Of a DNA stretch of 64,000 nucleotides, positions 36,142 to 46,130 are shown piece by piece. The stretch's first letter is position 1. The number at the start of each line of letters is the position of its first letter. The position numbers were made by a program, and so were the translations under genes. The stretch is taken from IMG/VR virus record IMGVR_UViG_3300025466_001309, positions 6,520 to 70,519 of that record; one strand, 5' to 3'. The notes beneath the pieces are model-generated. The model made no database searches. It saw nothing but the letters and a program-made list of their open reading frames with translations, and was not told the DNA's origin. This DNA comes from a virus.

Positions 36142-36612
36142 ATGATTTTGATAGCACATAGAGGACTTACAGAAGGTCCTGACTCAGAATTAGAAAATCG
36201 TCCAGACCAGATACTTAACAGCCTAGCCAAAGGATATCACTGTGAGATTGATGTTAGATTTATCAATAAAAAATGGATGCTAGGCCACGATAATCCAGAC
36301 TACGAAGTTTCATTTGAATTTTTAGAACAACCAAATTTATGGATCCATGCTAAAAATCTAGATGCATTGTATATACTAGGTGCTAGTAGAAAATTAAACT
36401 TCTTCTGGCATCAAGAAGATGATTTTACTTTAACTAGTCAAGGATATATTTGGACATATCCGGGACATGAATTAACTGAAGACAGCGTTATGGTCATGCC
36501 GGAGTATGTTGACTCAACATTAGAAAATGCTTATACAGCAGAATGCTATGCGATCTGTTCTGACTACATTACCAAAATTGAATTAGAACGCAACAAATTA
36601 AACAAGGAATAA
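36142..36612 (+). CDS. glycerophosphodiester phosphodiesterase-like protein
   Basis: IAHRG, EN, EIDV, ICSDY. Confidence 0.85.
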   Translation: MILIAHRGLTEGPDSELENRPDQILNSLAKGYHCEIDVRFINKKWMLGHDNPDYEVSFEFLEQPNLWIHAKNLDALYILGASRKLNFFWHQEDDFTLTSQGYIWTYPGHELTEDSVMVMPEYVDSTLENAYTAECYAICSDYITKIELERNKLNKE

Positions 36613-36616
36613 AAAA

Positions 36617-37243
36617 ATGAAATGGCAACAAGACTTAAATTATGATATTAGATTTCATAATGAAAAAGATGATTATGATGGAGGAAGTTGGCAAGGATTC
36701 CCCCATCCCCAAGGATATGAGAGTGGCCATTCGGGTGAATTCACTGTAGAAAATAAAAAATACATTGAAAAGTATTTTGACTATGTAAAAAGAAATTGTC
36801 GTGCTATTTTAGAAATAGGTGTTTGTCGTAACTCATCTTATAGTTCTACACATTCATTTTTAAAATATAAAAATCCAGAAACAATTTATGTTGGTATTGA
36901 TTTAGACGATAAAAGTTTTCTAAATGATCCTGCCAATAATGTTTATACAATTAAAAATACCAGCAGTAACATTAATCAGAACATGGAAATGATGCAATCA
37001 TTTGGTGTTACAAAGTTCGATTTTATCTTCATCGATGGATTACACAGTGTTAATCAGGTATTAATTGATTGGGAATATACAAAATGGTTAGGTCAAGGTG
37101 GTATGGTAGGATTTCATGATGTTACTTGTCACCCCGGACCTCAAAGATTTGTAGAAGCACTAAACACTGATAAATGGAATGTAGAGAAAAATCTATGCCC
37201 TGAAGATTGGGGTATTGGTTTTGCATGGCCCAGACATTATTAA
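36617..37243 (+). CDS. class I SAM methyltransferase, paralog of 34622..35236
   Basis: MKWQQDL, LEIGV, FIDGLHS. Confidence 0.85.
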   Translation: MKWQQDLNYDIRFHNEKDDYDGGSWQGFPHPQGYESGHSGEFTVENKKYIEKYFDYVKRNCRAILEIGVCRNSSYSSTHSFLKYKNPETIYVGIDLDDKSFLNDPANNVYTIKNTSSNINQNMEMMQSFGVTKFDFIFIDGLHSVNQVLIDWEYTKWLGQGGMVGFHDVTCHPGPQRFVEALNTDKWNVEKNLCPEDWGIGFAWPRHY

Positions 37244-37304
37244 TTCATGTTAATCTTAGTGTAATCATTGAAATATTAAATAGTATTATACCATAAGGTT
37301 TCCC

Positions 37305-38363
37305 ATGACTTCCCCTAATAAAGTTTTATTCATTCTCAAACGCAGAGAAGACTATAATGATATCTTGCATTCAAATGTTGGACTGAGTACAGGCCTATAT
37401 AACTCTGCTAATTTCATGAATGAAATGTTGATTGATCAAGGCATCGAATCTAAATTATTTGTAGCCATTGACAACAACTGTATCGATCGTCAAATTAATC
37501 TATATAAACCCACACATGTCATCATAGAAGCATTGTGGGTTGTTCCTAGTAAGTTTGAAGTACTGTGTAAATTACATCCCACTGTAACCTGGATCATACG
37601 ATTGCACAGTGAGATGCCATTTATGGCTGGTGAAGGCATGGCCATGGACTGGGTAGGTGAGTATAGTAAATTTCCAAATATTATCGTATCCTGTAATGCT
37701 CCTAGAATGTTAAATGAAATTAGAATGTATATTAAAACCATGCACGGCTTAACTGACAATCAGGTAGCGGAAAGAGTTATATATTTGCCTAACTATTATC
37801 CACAGGATTATAAATCAAAGAAATTGAATAAGGATAAAGATACTATAGACATATGTTGCTTTGGTGCTATACGTCCGTTAAAGAATCATTTATTACAGGC
37901 TCATGCTGCCGTGGGATTTGCAGAAAAGATAGGTAAGAAGTTAAATTTTCATGTTAATGCAGGCCGTATTGAAATGAATGGTAGCCCTGTAATTAATAAT
38001 CTAACTGGGCTTTTTGATCATTTGGCAGATAGTGGACATCAATTGATTAACCATCAATGGCGTCCAAGAACTGAATTTCTCGAACTATGTGCTATTATGG
38101 ATATAGGATTACAGGTAAGTTTTTCAGAAACTTTTAATATTGTTGGTGCTGATTTAATTAGTCAAGGTGTTCCACTTGTGGGCAGTGTAGAAATTCCCTG
38201 GATAATGCCAAACTGTTCCGCAGATCCTACAGATACCAATGATATAATTAAAAAATTAACATCTGCATACAATTGGTCTAAAATGAATGTCTGGACCAAT
38301 CAAAAGTGCCTGACAAAATATACCAATAATACAGTAAAAGTTTGGACGAAATACTTTAATTAA
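37305..38363 (+). CDS. GT4-like glycosyltransferase
   Basis: GAIRPLKN, SETFNIVGAD..GVP. Confidence 0.75.
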   Translation: MTSPNKVLFILKRREDYNDILHSNVGLSTGLYNSANFMNEMLIDQGIESKLFVAIDNNCIDRQINLYKPTHVIIEALWVVPSKFEVLCKLHPTVTWIIRLHSEMPFMAGEGMAMDWVGEYSKFPNIIVSCNAPRMLNEIRMYIKTMHGLTDNQVAERVIYLPNYYPQDYKSKKLNKDKDTIDICCFGAIRPLKNHLLQAHAAVGFAEKIGKKLNFHVNAGRIEMNGSPVINNLTGLFDHLADSGHQLINHQWRPRTEFLELCAIMDIGLQVSFSETFNIVGADLISQGVPLVGSVEIPWIMPNCSADPTDTNDIIKKLTSAYNWSKMNVWTNQKCLTKYTNNTVKVWTKYFN

Positions 38364-38656
38364 GACTTTGAGGCGATATCGTTAGCGATATCTGCTTTAA
38401 TACTGGCTAGTGTATCTGGACCTATTACATCTTGAGTCCACCCAATAATAGTATCTTGTGATAAATCTGCAAAAGGTATATAGGAATCTGATATTTCTGC
38501 TACATCAAATCTAGCCAATCCTTGCTTACTGCTAGAATTAACTCCGTCTGTTCCAGTCATTTGCCACATTACACCGCCGAGATAATCATCACTAGGAAAA
38601 CTGCCTGCAGGATATAGTAGGGTTTGGATTATCGATAATGTGTAAGAAATAGCCAT
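38360..38656 (-). CDS. hypothetical protein (tail-fibre-associated-like)
   Basis: W..TGTDG, YIPFADLSQDTIIGW; GGAG SD. Confidence 0.6.
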   Translation of the reverse strand: MAISYTLSIIQTLLYPAGSFPSDDYLGGVMWQMTGTDGVNSSSKQGLARFDVAEISDSYIPFADLSQDTIIGWTQDVIGPDTLASIKADIANDIASKS

Positions 38657-38682
38657 TTGTTGTAAACTCCTAATATGTGCAT

Positions 38683-39678
38683 TTATTTAGTTGGAATTAA
38701 GTTATTTTTAAATATTTCCCATGCCCTATCCCATGCCCAACGTTGGCTAGAACGTTCTACATCTTCTTTTTTTAACTTTAAACAAGCATCTATAGCATCT
38801 TTGAGATTAGTTCGCATACATCCTGTCATTCCTTCATCTATAACATCCTCCGGACCTTGACATGGATAAGCAGCCACCGGAGTTCCGCAGGCCATTGCTT
38901 CTATCATAACAATGCCAAATGTTTCCCAGCGACTAGGGAATACAAATACTTCTGCATTAGCGTAATATCTAGCTAATGGTAATCCTGTTTTGAATCCTGT
39001 GAAATGTACATCTGGATATTTCTTTTTGTAAGTTTCTAGCATGGGTCCACCACCCACCATAATTTTTTGATATCCTGGATAGTCCAATTCAAAAAAATCT
39101 TCTAAATTCTTTTCTTTACTTACACGGCTAACACATAGTAGGTATTTTCCAGGAATATCTTGTCTTAATTTAGGAGTGAATATACTACGATCAACACCTC
39201 GAGTCCACGGAATAACCTCACCATCAAATCCGTGTGCCTGTAATTCTTGGACCATACTATCAGTTGTGGTCAGCACTCGACCACTATGCTTGTGAAACCA
39301 TTTAACAAAACGCCAAGTAAACTTTTCTGGAATACCAAATAGTTTCTTTAAGCCTTCAGGAAACTTAGTATGATAAGCGGTATTGTACCTATAATTATGT
39401 AGTGAAAGATACTTTCTAGCCCGCAGACCAAGAGGACCTTCTGTCGAGATGTGGATATAATCCGGATTGATCTCCTCAATCTTCTTGCCCACCTTCCGGG
39501 GATAGGTAATCTTGACTTCGTTGTAGCCAGGGCAATCAATATAGCGGAACCACCCGGGATGAAGCACCACAACGTTATAACCGTCCAAAATCGCAAGTTT
39601 CTCAATGTTTTTGTAAGTTGTGACAACGCCATTGATCTGATCCGGTAAGTTATCGGTTATTATCAGTATTGTTTTCAT
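38683..39678 (-). CDS. GT4 glycosyltransferase, Agt-like glycolipid synthase
   Basis: ITD...QINGVV, TEGPLG, YHTKFPE, RGVD, ETFGIVMIEAMACGTP. Confidence 0.85.
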   Translation of the reverse strand: MKTILIITDNLPDQINGVVTTYKNIEKLAILDGYNVVVLHPGWFRYIDCPGYNEVKITYPRKVGKKIEEINPDYIHISTEGPLGLRARKYLSLHNYRYNTAYHTKFPEGLKKLFGIPEKFTWRFVKWFHKHSGRVLTTTDSMVQELQAHGFDGEVIPWTRGVDRSIFTPKLRQDIPGKYLLCVSRVSKEKNLEDFFELDYPGYQKIMVGGGPMLETYKKKYPDVHFTGFKTGLPLARYYANAEVFVFPSRWETFGIVMIEAMACGTPVAAYPCQGPEDVIDEGMTGCMRTNLKDAIDACLKLKKEDVERSSQRWAWDRAWEIFKNNLIPTK

Positions 39679-39760
39679 AATATGTTTCTTTAATGGCTAG
39701 AATTAAAGTAAGACTTACCCAAAGGATATACATTGTGATTATAAAGTATTTCATTATATT

Positions 39761-40537
39761 TTAATTTGTTAAAGTATCAGACTGGTCATTTTCTCGTATC
39801 CAGGTAATTATTTCCCACTTGCCATCATGATGTTCTACTAGTGCTGTACACGATTCAACCCAATCACCGGCGTTCATGTAAATGATACCATTTATTTCTT
39901 TTATTTCGGCCGAGTGAATATGGCCGCAAATTACTCCATCAAACCCACGCTTTTTACAGTAGTTAGTAATAGTATACTCAAACTTGAACATAAAGTCAAC
40001 TGCCTTCTTGACCCTATGCTTAAGAAACTTGCTAAGGCTCCAGTAACCAAATCCTAAACGATGGCGTATCCAATTGAATCTACTATTTACACCGAGAATA
40101 AAATCATAGGCCTTGTCTCCGAGAAAACTTATCCATGGTGCTAGTCTAGTGATGCCGTCAAATAAATCACCGTGTGTGACTAGATAGTGTTTACCATCAG
40201 CACCTATATGTTCTATTTGATTACAGATTTCAACTTGTCCAAAGCTAACACCATAGGGTATCATGGGCCGCAAAAATTCATCGTGGTTCCCTGCAACATA
40301 TACAACACGAGTCCCACGTTTAGCATGACCAAGCACACGGCGTACAACATTTGTGTGACTTTGTTTCCATCGTAATTTGTTTTGTTGGATTTTCCAAGCA
40401 TCTATGATATCTCCTACTAGGTAAAGAGTCTCACAAGAGTTGTGTTTGAGAAAGTTGTTGAGAGCCTCGGCTTTACAATCTTTCGTCCCAAGATGCACAT
40501 CACTCACAAAAATAGAGCGGTAAGTTTTGGCTTTCAT
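39761..40537 (-). CDS. LpxH-family metallophosphoesterase, PlcP-like phospholipase C
   Basis: SDVHLG, GDIID, GNHDE, HGDLFD, CGHIH, GDWVES. Confidence 0.85.
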   Translation of the reverse strand: MKAKTYRSIFVSDVHLGTKDCKAEALNNFLKHNSCETLYLVGDIIDAWKIQQNKLRWKQSHTNVVRRVLGHAKRGTRVVYVAGNHDEFLRPMIPYGVSFGQVEICNQIEHIGADGKHYLVTHGDLFDGITRLAPWISFLGDKAYDFILGVNSRFNWIRHRLGFGYWSLSKFLKHRVKKAVDFMFKFEYTITNYCKKRGFDGVICGHIHSAEIKEINGIIYMNAGDWVESCTALVEHHDGKWEIITWIRENDQSDTLTN

Positions 40538-40853
40538 AACCATATTTACCGCTCTATCCCTAGTACTTATATTACAATTGTATTACAGAACTATTCTGCT
40601 TTATCTTTGCGATTTGTTATAATGTCTTCTAATAATAGAAATGCTATTATAGAGAGTAATCCTAATCCAATAATTGATCCAATCATACTATGTTCCTTTA
40701 TCTCACTGCCGCTGTGTGTTTATGTTTGATGCTTTTCTTAAGAATTTTAAACCAAAGTTCTTTGGCTTTTTTAAGATTATGTTCAAACTCAGCCTTATTG
40801 AGCTTCATGATTAATTTTTTAACTTTCATGTTATAGCCCTCCTTGATAGATAT

Positions 40854-41117
40854 TTATCGATTATTTTTTAATGAACTCATAGTTTCATCACAGGTACTGT
40901 CTAAACTCTTAACTGATATAGTTTTAAGATGACAACGATATTCACAGGTCCTATTGCCCTTGTCATCTACAAGTGTTGAAATAATTTTACATGACTCAAC
41001 TTCTGCCATCATGGCCACTGGTTCATTAATTGTTATATTCACCGTCTTAGGCACTATAGGAGCGGCTATGGCTATAGCTGTAGATACTCCTAATAATAGC
41101 TTGTGTGGTGTTTTCAT
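40854..41117 (-). CDS. secreted hypothetical protein
   Basis: signal-like N terminus, Cys pairs. Confidence 0.6.
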   Translation of the reverse strand: MKTPHKLLLGVSTAIAIAAPIVPKTVNITINEPVAMMAEVESCKIISTLVDDKGNRTCEYRCHLKTISVKSLDSTCDETMSSLKNNR

Positions 41118-41158
41118 ACAAGTATTTACATACCAGTATCGCAAATTTAAGTAGCCAT

Positions 41159-41182
41159 AAAAAAAGAGCCTTTCGGCCCTTT
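41159..41182 (-). terminator. intrinsic terminator
   Basis: GGGCC-GAAA-GGCTC then T run. Confidence 0.8.
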
Positions 41183-41248
41183 AGTGTTGGTTACGAGTTC
41201 CAACATCCACTCTATCGTTGTGGCCGGTTTTATTAATTTTATTTATCA

Positions 41249-42130
41249 CTATACTTTATATCTAATATATTCTGTAATAAGGTCAGCTACATCTATACCG
41301 CAGTATTTTTCAAATCCACTGAATCCTGGATTGCTGTTGGCTTCACAAACACGAAACCCTCGGCTATCAAATAATAGATCAATACCACCTATGGTTAGTC
41401 CCAGTACACGAGCAGTTTCTCGGGCAATATAATCAATCTCCGGAGTAACTTCAAAACCAGATCCGGTACCACCATTGGTTATGTTAGCACGGAAGTCGCC
41501 TTCTGGTGCGGTACGCTTCATTGCACCTGCTACCTTACCACCTATGACTAACACACGTAGATCTTCACCAGGTGCATCTCCAAGATATTCTTGAACTAAA
41601 AGAGTCTTTTTATTGCCTAAACTCTCCACAAATTCAACAAGTTTCTTATAATCTTTCTTCTTTTCGCATAGATAAACACCAGCACCATAACTACCTGTGA
41701 CTACTTTAACAACGCATGGATAGCCAATATTTTCATTGATTAATTTTTCATTGAATGGAAAGCGTACCATCATAGTGTTGGGTATAGCAATACCAGACCT
41801 GCTGAGTATCTGACTTGTACGCATTTTGTCCTTGACAGTAGATATGCTTTCACTGCCATTGATAACCAACACCCCCGCTTGTTCAAAATGTCTTAATACT
41901 GCTAGCTGGAATGGAAGTATACCTGCACCTAGTCTAACCAATACAAGTTTAGGAAGTTCGATCTCTTCACCCTTATATTTGATACCTTTTTTAATATCAC
42001 GATCAACAATAATATCAAAATCGTCGGGATGGCAGACTCTAACAGAAATATCTTTTTGTGTAAAACTGTCAACAAGCCTGCTGGTCTCGTAGTCAGTAAC
42101 AGCCTGTTTGGTTATAATAATTACGCTCAT
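41249..42130 (-). CDS. rimK: RimK-family ATP-grasp ligase
   Basis: DK, VVK..GSYGAGV, QEY, DLRV, FRAN...GG, EANSNPG. Confidence 0.88.
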   Translation of the reverse strand: MSVIIITKQAVTDYETSRLVDSFTQKDISVRVCHPDDFDIIVDRDIKKGIKYKGEEIELPKLVLVRLGAGILPFQLAVLRHFEQAGVLVINGSESISTVKDKMRTSQILSRSGIAIPNTMMVRFPFNEKLINENIGYPCVVKVVTGSYGAGVYLCEKKKDYKKLVEFVESLGNKKTLLVQEYLGDAPGEDLRVLVIGGKVAGAMKRTAPEGDFRANITNGGTGSGFEVTPEIDYIARETARVLGLTIGGIDLLFDSRGFRVCEANSNPGFSGFEKYCGIDVADLITEYIRYKV

Positions 42131-42191
42131 GGTATTCTTTATAGTACGATATATTTATTATATTGTACTATAATAATATTACACGATCATT

Positions 42192-42213
42192 AAAAAAGGC
42201 CCCGAAGAGCCTT
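42192..42213 (-). terminator. intrinsic terminator
   Basis: GGCTC-TTCG-GGGCC then T6. Confidence 0.85.
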
Positions 42214-42234
42214 GATATTTGTGTAAAGTTTTTA

Positions 42235-43152
42235 TTAAGCTGGAATAAAGTCAATTCCACTTGTAGACAATACACCAGTTGTTGCCGGAGCAACGCCAAC
42301 TAATCCAATTGTTTGTTGGAATGTTGTTAGATGTGCTGCCGCGTTCAACAATGCCGCTTCTGTTGTAGAACCAGTTGCCAATGCGGCAACATAAGGTAAC
42401 GCCTGTACAGGCGTAGGTGCTGTACCCATAACATAAGTATAAACATTATTAACAAATGTAGCGTAGTCTGGATTGGCTGTTACAAACACTGGAGCAGTAA
42501 CAATTGCCTGAGCAATCTGTGCACTGGTTGTTCCAGCATCTTCTAGTTTGATACCTAGACCTTCGTATGTGGTATTAACTGTTCCGCCAAACCCTGCTTT
42601 CAATAAAGCATAAACATCACCAGCATGACCAGTAATATCAAATGCTGTTGATTTGTCTGTATAGGTAATGCGTTGATAATTGTTTAAACTATAACTTACC
42701 ACTGTATCTAATACACTGGTAACTTTGAGAATATTATTTGTATAGTCATTGACTACTGTAAAATTTGCAGACTTGTCGCCTACACTATATGTATTAACTG
42801 CGGCGGCTGTATCTGGAGTAACACTGATTACTGTGCTAATAGTTCCATTGCCAATTGCACCTACACCTGCTGTAGCGAATGTAGAAATTTTACCACCTGT
42901 ACCAATACCTGTAACGATAATAACATCGTTGTTGGCAGGGGCGGCTCCACCTAGGCTTGTACCTGGAACTGTAATAGTATCGCCCAATGCATAGCCTGTG
43001 CCAAGATTTGCAGATTCGATAACTGTGGTGTAAACACCGTTAGTTTTAGTTACATCAAATTTTGCACCTGTACCAGCACCACCAGTGGAACCAGTTACTG
43101 CTGTATATGTTGTATTAATTGGTGTTTGTCCAATTGTTACGATTGTTGTCAT
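42235..43152 (-). CDS. Thr/Gly-rich surface protein with C-terminal DUF4214/S-layer-like domain
   Basis: AGDVYALLKAGFG...FVNNVYTYVMGTAP; strong AAGGAG SD. Confidence 0.65.
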   Translation of the reverse strand: MTTIVTIGQTPINTTYTAVTGSTGGAGTGAKFDVTKTNGVYTTVIESANLGTGYALGDTITVPGTSLGGAAPANNDVIIVTGIGTGGKISTFATAGVGAIGNGTISTVISVTPDTAAAVNTYSVGDKSANFTVVNDYTNNILKVTSVLDTVVSYSLNNYQRITYTDKSTAFDITGHAGDVYALLKAGFGGTVNTTYEGLGIKLEDAGTTSAQIAQAIVTAPVFVTANPDYATFVNNVYTYVMGTAPTPVQALPYVAALATGSTTEAALLNAAAHLTTFQQTIGLVGVAPATTGVLSTSGIDFIPA

Positions 43153-43182
43153 GAAATCTCCTTAATTGATTTTGATATAATG

Positions 43183-43211
43183 ATTGTATAGTATTTCTAC
43201 TTACAAGTCAA
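43183..43211 (-). promoter_or_regulatory. sigma70 promoter TTGACT-17-TACAAT
   Basis: near consensus. Confidence 0.75.
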
Positions 43212-43600
43212 CAGAATATTTACTCAAATTTATGCTATTCGCTGTAATTCCAAGTAAACCAAGCATATTTTTGTAGAGAACGAATAACAGTGTCTTCTGT
43301 AGTGCCCAGTTCCTTAGATACTAATTCAACAAACTCAACCCACTCGTCGGCTATATCTTCTTTGCCCTGTTGCCACTGTTGATACATTTCATAAAGCAAT
43401 CTTTCATTCATGATTTTTTATCTGGTTGTTTAGGGGGTCTTACTGCTTCTTTGGTTTCTTTAAGCAGTCTTTCAGTAGTGGGGCTTGAGCGATGCACCGG
43501 AATGGGCGGAGGATTTTTAACTGTGGGTTTATGTTTGAACCAACTCAAATATTTTCTCCTTGCTGTATTTAACAAGGAAATAAAATTTCTAGTTGATTTC

Positions 43601-44938
43601 CTAACGAATAAAGAAAGTTAAACTGCCAGCAGTACTTTGCCTAAAATCAAGAGCAGAAGTTGGAAGTATTTTTTTATCTTGAACTAACTTTCCGAACGCT
43701 TTTGATGATTTACTCGGTTGGTATTCATAAGAAAGAGTTGCAATGTTTAACATTAGCAATCCGTCATGATTTTCGAGAGACTGATAATAATCAAAATTTA
43801 ATTTAGATGTTGCCAGAGATAACTTAAAGTAATCTACAGTACCATCTGGATTAATTGATGACATAATTTCTGGTTCGTATTTCTTTGTTATTTTGGGATT
43901 TGCATAATATATTTTATTAATAATTTCTACAAACAATTTTTGAACATAGGATTGACCCATTTTAGCAAAATAGTCGTTAATTCCACCTTCTGTTTTAGTT
44001 CCATTAAGACGTCTCCATCCTAGCTGAGCTATCCCACCATTTTTAACTTCATTGGAATTATTAAAGATAGGAAAATTATATTTTTTTGCAACTTTATTCA
44101 GTGCAGTAATTAAAATTTCTACTGCTTCTTTTTGTGCTCCAAACCCCTTGGTTCCTTTTAGCATAAAGTCGATCTTGGCCCCGCCAGCTTTAACTTCTAT
44201 ATGTGTATCGCCAACTGAAATATCTGATTTTTCTTTGTGTGCATTGATACCACAAAAAGCTAATCCCACTTCTCCCTTACCCCATTTAGCATTACCTACT
44301 TTAACTTCGTCGATCATTAAAAATTGTTTGACAAGATTTTCATATGCGGAGTTTGTCAACGGAATAGTACCCGATGATCCTTTCTCAGAAATCATTGATG
44401 AAGTTTGAATCACTCCGCCATTGAGACAATCTTTTAAGAATGCTATTACATTATCAAAAGAATCTTCTTTGTTTCTAATAATACTTTCAATCTTTGAAAC
44501 AATAACAGGTAAGGATTCTTTTTGTGCTGTTAAGAATTTCTTTTCGACTATTTGATTTGTTAGTGTATAAACAAGTCTTTCGCCTTCTTCTCTTTCCTGG
44601 CCGGCTTTTTCGTAACTAGATTTTTCTGCATTAATAACATCATTTTTTAATTTTGAAATCTGTGCCTGTATTTCTTTAATTACTGCAGGTTGCCCTTTTA
44701 ATTGCCCTATTAAATTTTCTAATTCTCTAATAGTTGTTTCAGTAGCAAGATCTTCTTGTACAGATCGGTCATTTTGAGAAAGTCCTAATGCTTTTTTTGC
44801 AAATGCTAAAATTAAAGCAAGTCCAGTTTTAACCTGCAATGCAATAGTGGGGTCGTTGTCGGCCGCTTGGGAAATAACATCTAGATCGGATTCAATCTGA
44901 CGATCTGTAGATTCAGGTAGAAATTCTTTTGCTCTCAT
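43601..44938 (-). CDS. hypothetical protein with possible PD-(D/E)XK nuclease motif
   Basis: GKGE...DISVGDTHIEVK; coiled N half. Confidence 0.6.
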   Translation of the reverse strand: MRAKEFLPESTDRQIESDLDVISQAADNDPTIALQVKTGLALILAFAKKALGLSQNDRSVQEDLATETTIRELENLIGQLKGQPAVIKEIQAQISKLKNDVINAEKSSYEKAGQEREEGERLVYTLTNQIVEKKFLTAQKESLPVIVSKIESIIRNKEDSFDNVIAFLKDCLNGGVIQTSSMISEKGSSGTIPLTNSAYENLVKQFLMIDEVKVGNAKWGKGEVGLAFCGINAHKEKSDISVGDTHIEVKAGGAKIDFMLKGTKGFGAQKEAVEILITALNKVAKKYNFPIFNNSNEVKNGGIAQLGWRRLNGTKTEGGINDYFAKMGQSYVQKLFVEIINKIYYANPKITKKYEPEIMSSINPDGTVDYFKLSLATSKLNFDYYQSLENHDGLLMLNIATLSYEYQPSKSSKAFGKLVQDKKILPTSALDFRQSTAGSLTFFIR

Positions 44939-44947
44939 AATGAGTAT

Positions 44948-45616
44948 TTAGCGAGATTCTGGATATTGAATTTCATCAATAAATCTGCGAATAACAGGTT
45001 CTTCTACACCCATACTAACCATACTACGCACTACGTGAGGATTTTGCTTTTGATAGTGGCAATAGCGATTTTGTGCCATGTGATAATCAGCCCCGCTTTC
45101 CTGTGTATTTCCTACGTTTGATAGGTAATACTTTAGACTTTTAATTGTAAGAGCATATAAATCATCTAGCTCATCACCTTCTTGTACATTACCTGCGGCA
45201 ACCATATTTTTGCTGAATATATGTCGAGCCCACTCCGGTAGCTCCCTAGGCTTACTCCAACCGTATTTTACTGCTTCGTCAGCAAACCAATCCATCATAG
45301 GATGGTCAGGATCTCCGGCATTACTAAAATCATGGAAAGCACCTGTGATTTTATTGGGACCGCATACTGCATCAAATCCCCAAATAGGGCTAGGATCGTT
45401 GTAGTGCGGGAATATAGTAGCGTGTAGAATGTAGAGTTTATGTGATTCTCTGCGATCTATCGTGTGAATATGTGCCCTACGAACCCTAGGACCTGAATAA
45501 ACCACTGAATGCCAATCGTATACAATATCAGGAGTAGTAAGCAAAGAGCCAGATAATTTAACCAGTCCCTCAATTTCTCCAGCCAGCGTTTGAACTTTAT
45601 TCCAGACATTAGACAT
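44948..45616 (-). CDS. ferredoxin-dependent bilin reductase (PcyA/PcyX-like)
   Basis: HATIFP..PIWGFD, HDFS, RELPEWA.IFS, QNRYC..QKQNPH. Confidence 0.88.
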   Translation of the reverse strand: MSNVWNKVQTLAGEIEGLVKLSGSLLTTPDIVYDWHSVVYSGPRVRRAHIHTIDRRESHKLYILHATIFPHYNDPSPIWGFDAVCGPNKITGAFHDFSNAGDPDHPMMDWFADEAVKYGWSKPRELPEWARHIFSKNMVAAGNVQEGDELDDLYALTIKSLKYYLSNVGNTQESGADYHMAQNRYCHYQKQNPHVVRSMVSMGVEEPVIRRFIDEIQYPESR

Positions 45617-46130
45617 CGTAACTACTCATGATTTTTATTGCCCAGTCAAATGCTATATTAGCTTCTGGTCCTAAATCATCGGTTAGTTTACTGCGTAAAT
45701 TGGTCATTAATAATTTAGGATCTTCAAACTCTAAACTAGCATGTGGTGCATCGACGATTTGTTTAATTGACTGTCCACCAAACATATCTCCCATATGCCA
45801 AGTATACAAATGTGCTAGAACATCTTTACTTTCTAGTCCTAGGATGTATTTGTAGTATCCTATAGTAGGAGATTTAAACGAATTATGAACTTCGCCTCCG
45901 GTCATTTCACGATAATCTTTCATCAATAGATGTGTACGTTCGATTCCAGGTAAATCGTCAAGATAGCCAGCAACTTTACACTGTGCTTCGATAACATTAT
46001 AGAACAGGGCTTTTTGATAAGTCCAATCTATCCATATTTCTTTTGGTAATCTACGATCAAACACAGCCTTCATGAAAGGTGTTGATTCTGCTAACTTGTG
46101 TTTTTCTGCTGTGAGTTCTTTAAGGCTCAT
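45609..46130 (-). CDS. hemO: heme oxygenase
   Basis: LKELT..KHKLAE, AHLYTWHMGDMFGGQ, EANIAF. Confidence 0.9.
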   Translation of the reverse strand: MSLKELTAEKHKLAESTPFMKAVFDRRLPKEIWIDWTYQKALFYNVIEAQCKVAGYLDDLPGIERTHLLMKDYREMTGGEVHNSFKSPTIGYYKYILGLESKDVLAHLYTWHMGDMFGGQSIKQIVDAPHASLEFEDPKLLMTNLRSKLTDDLGPEANIAFDWAIKIMSSYDV

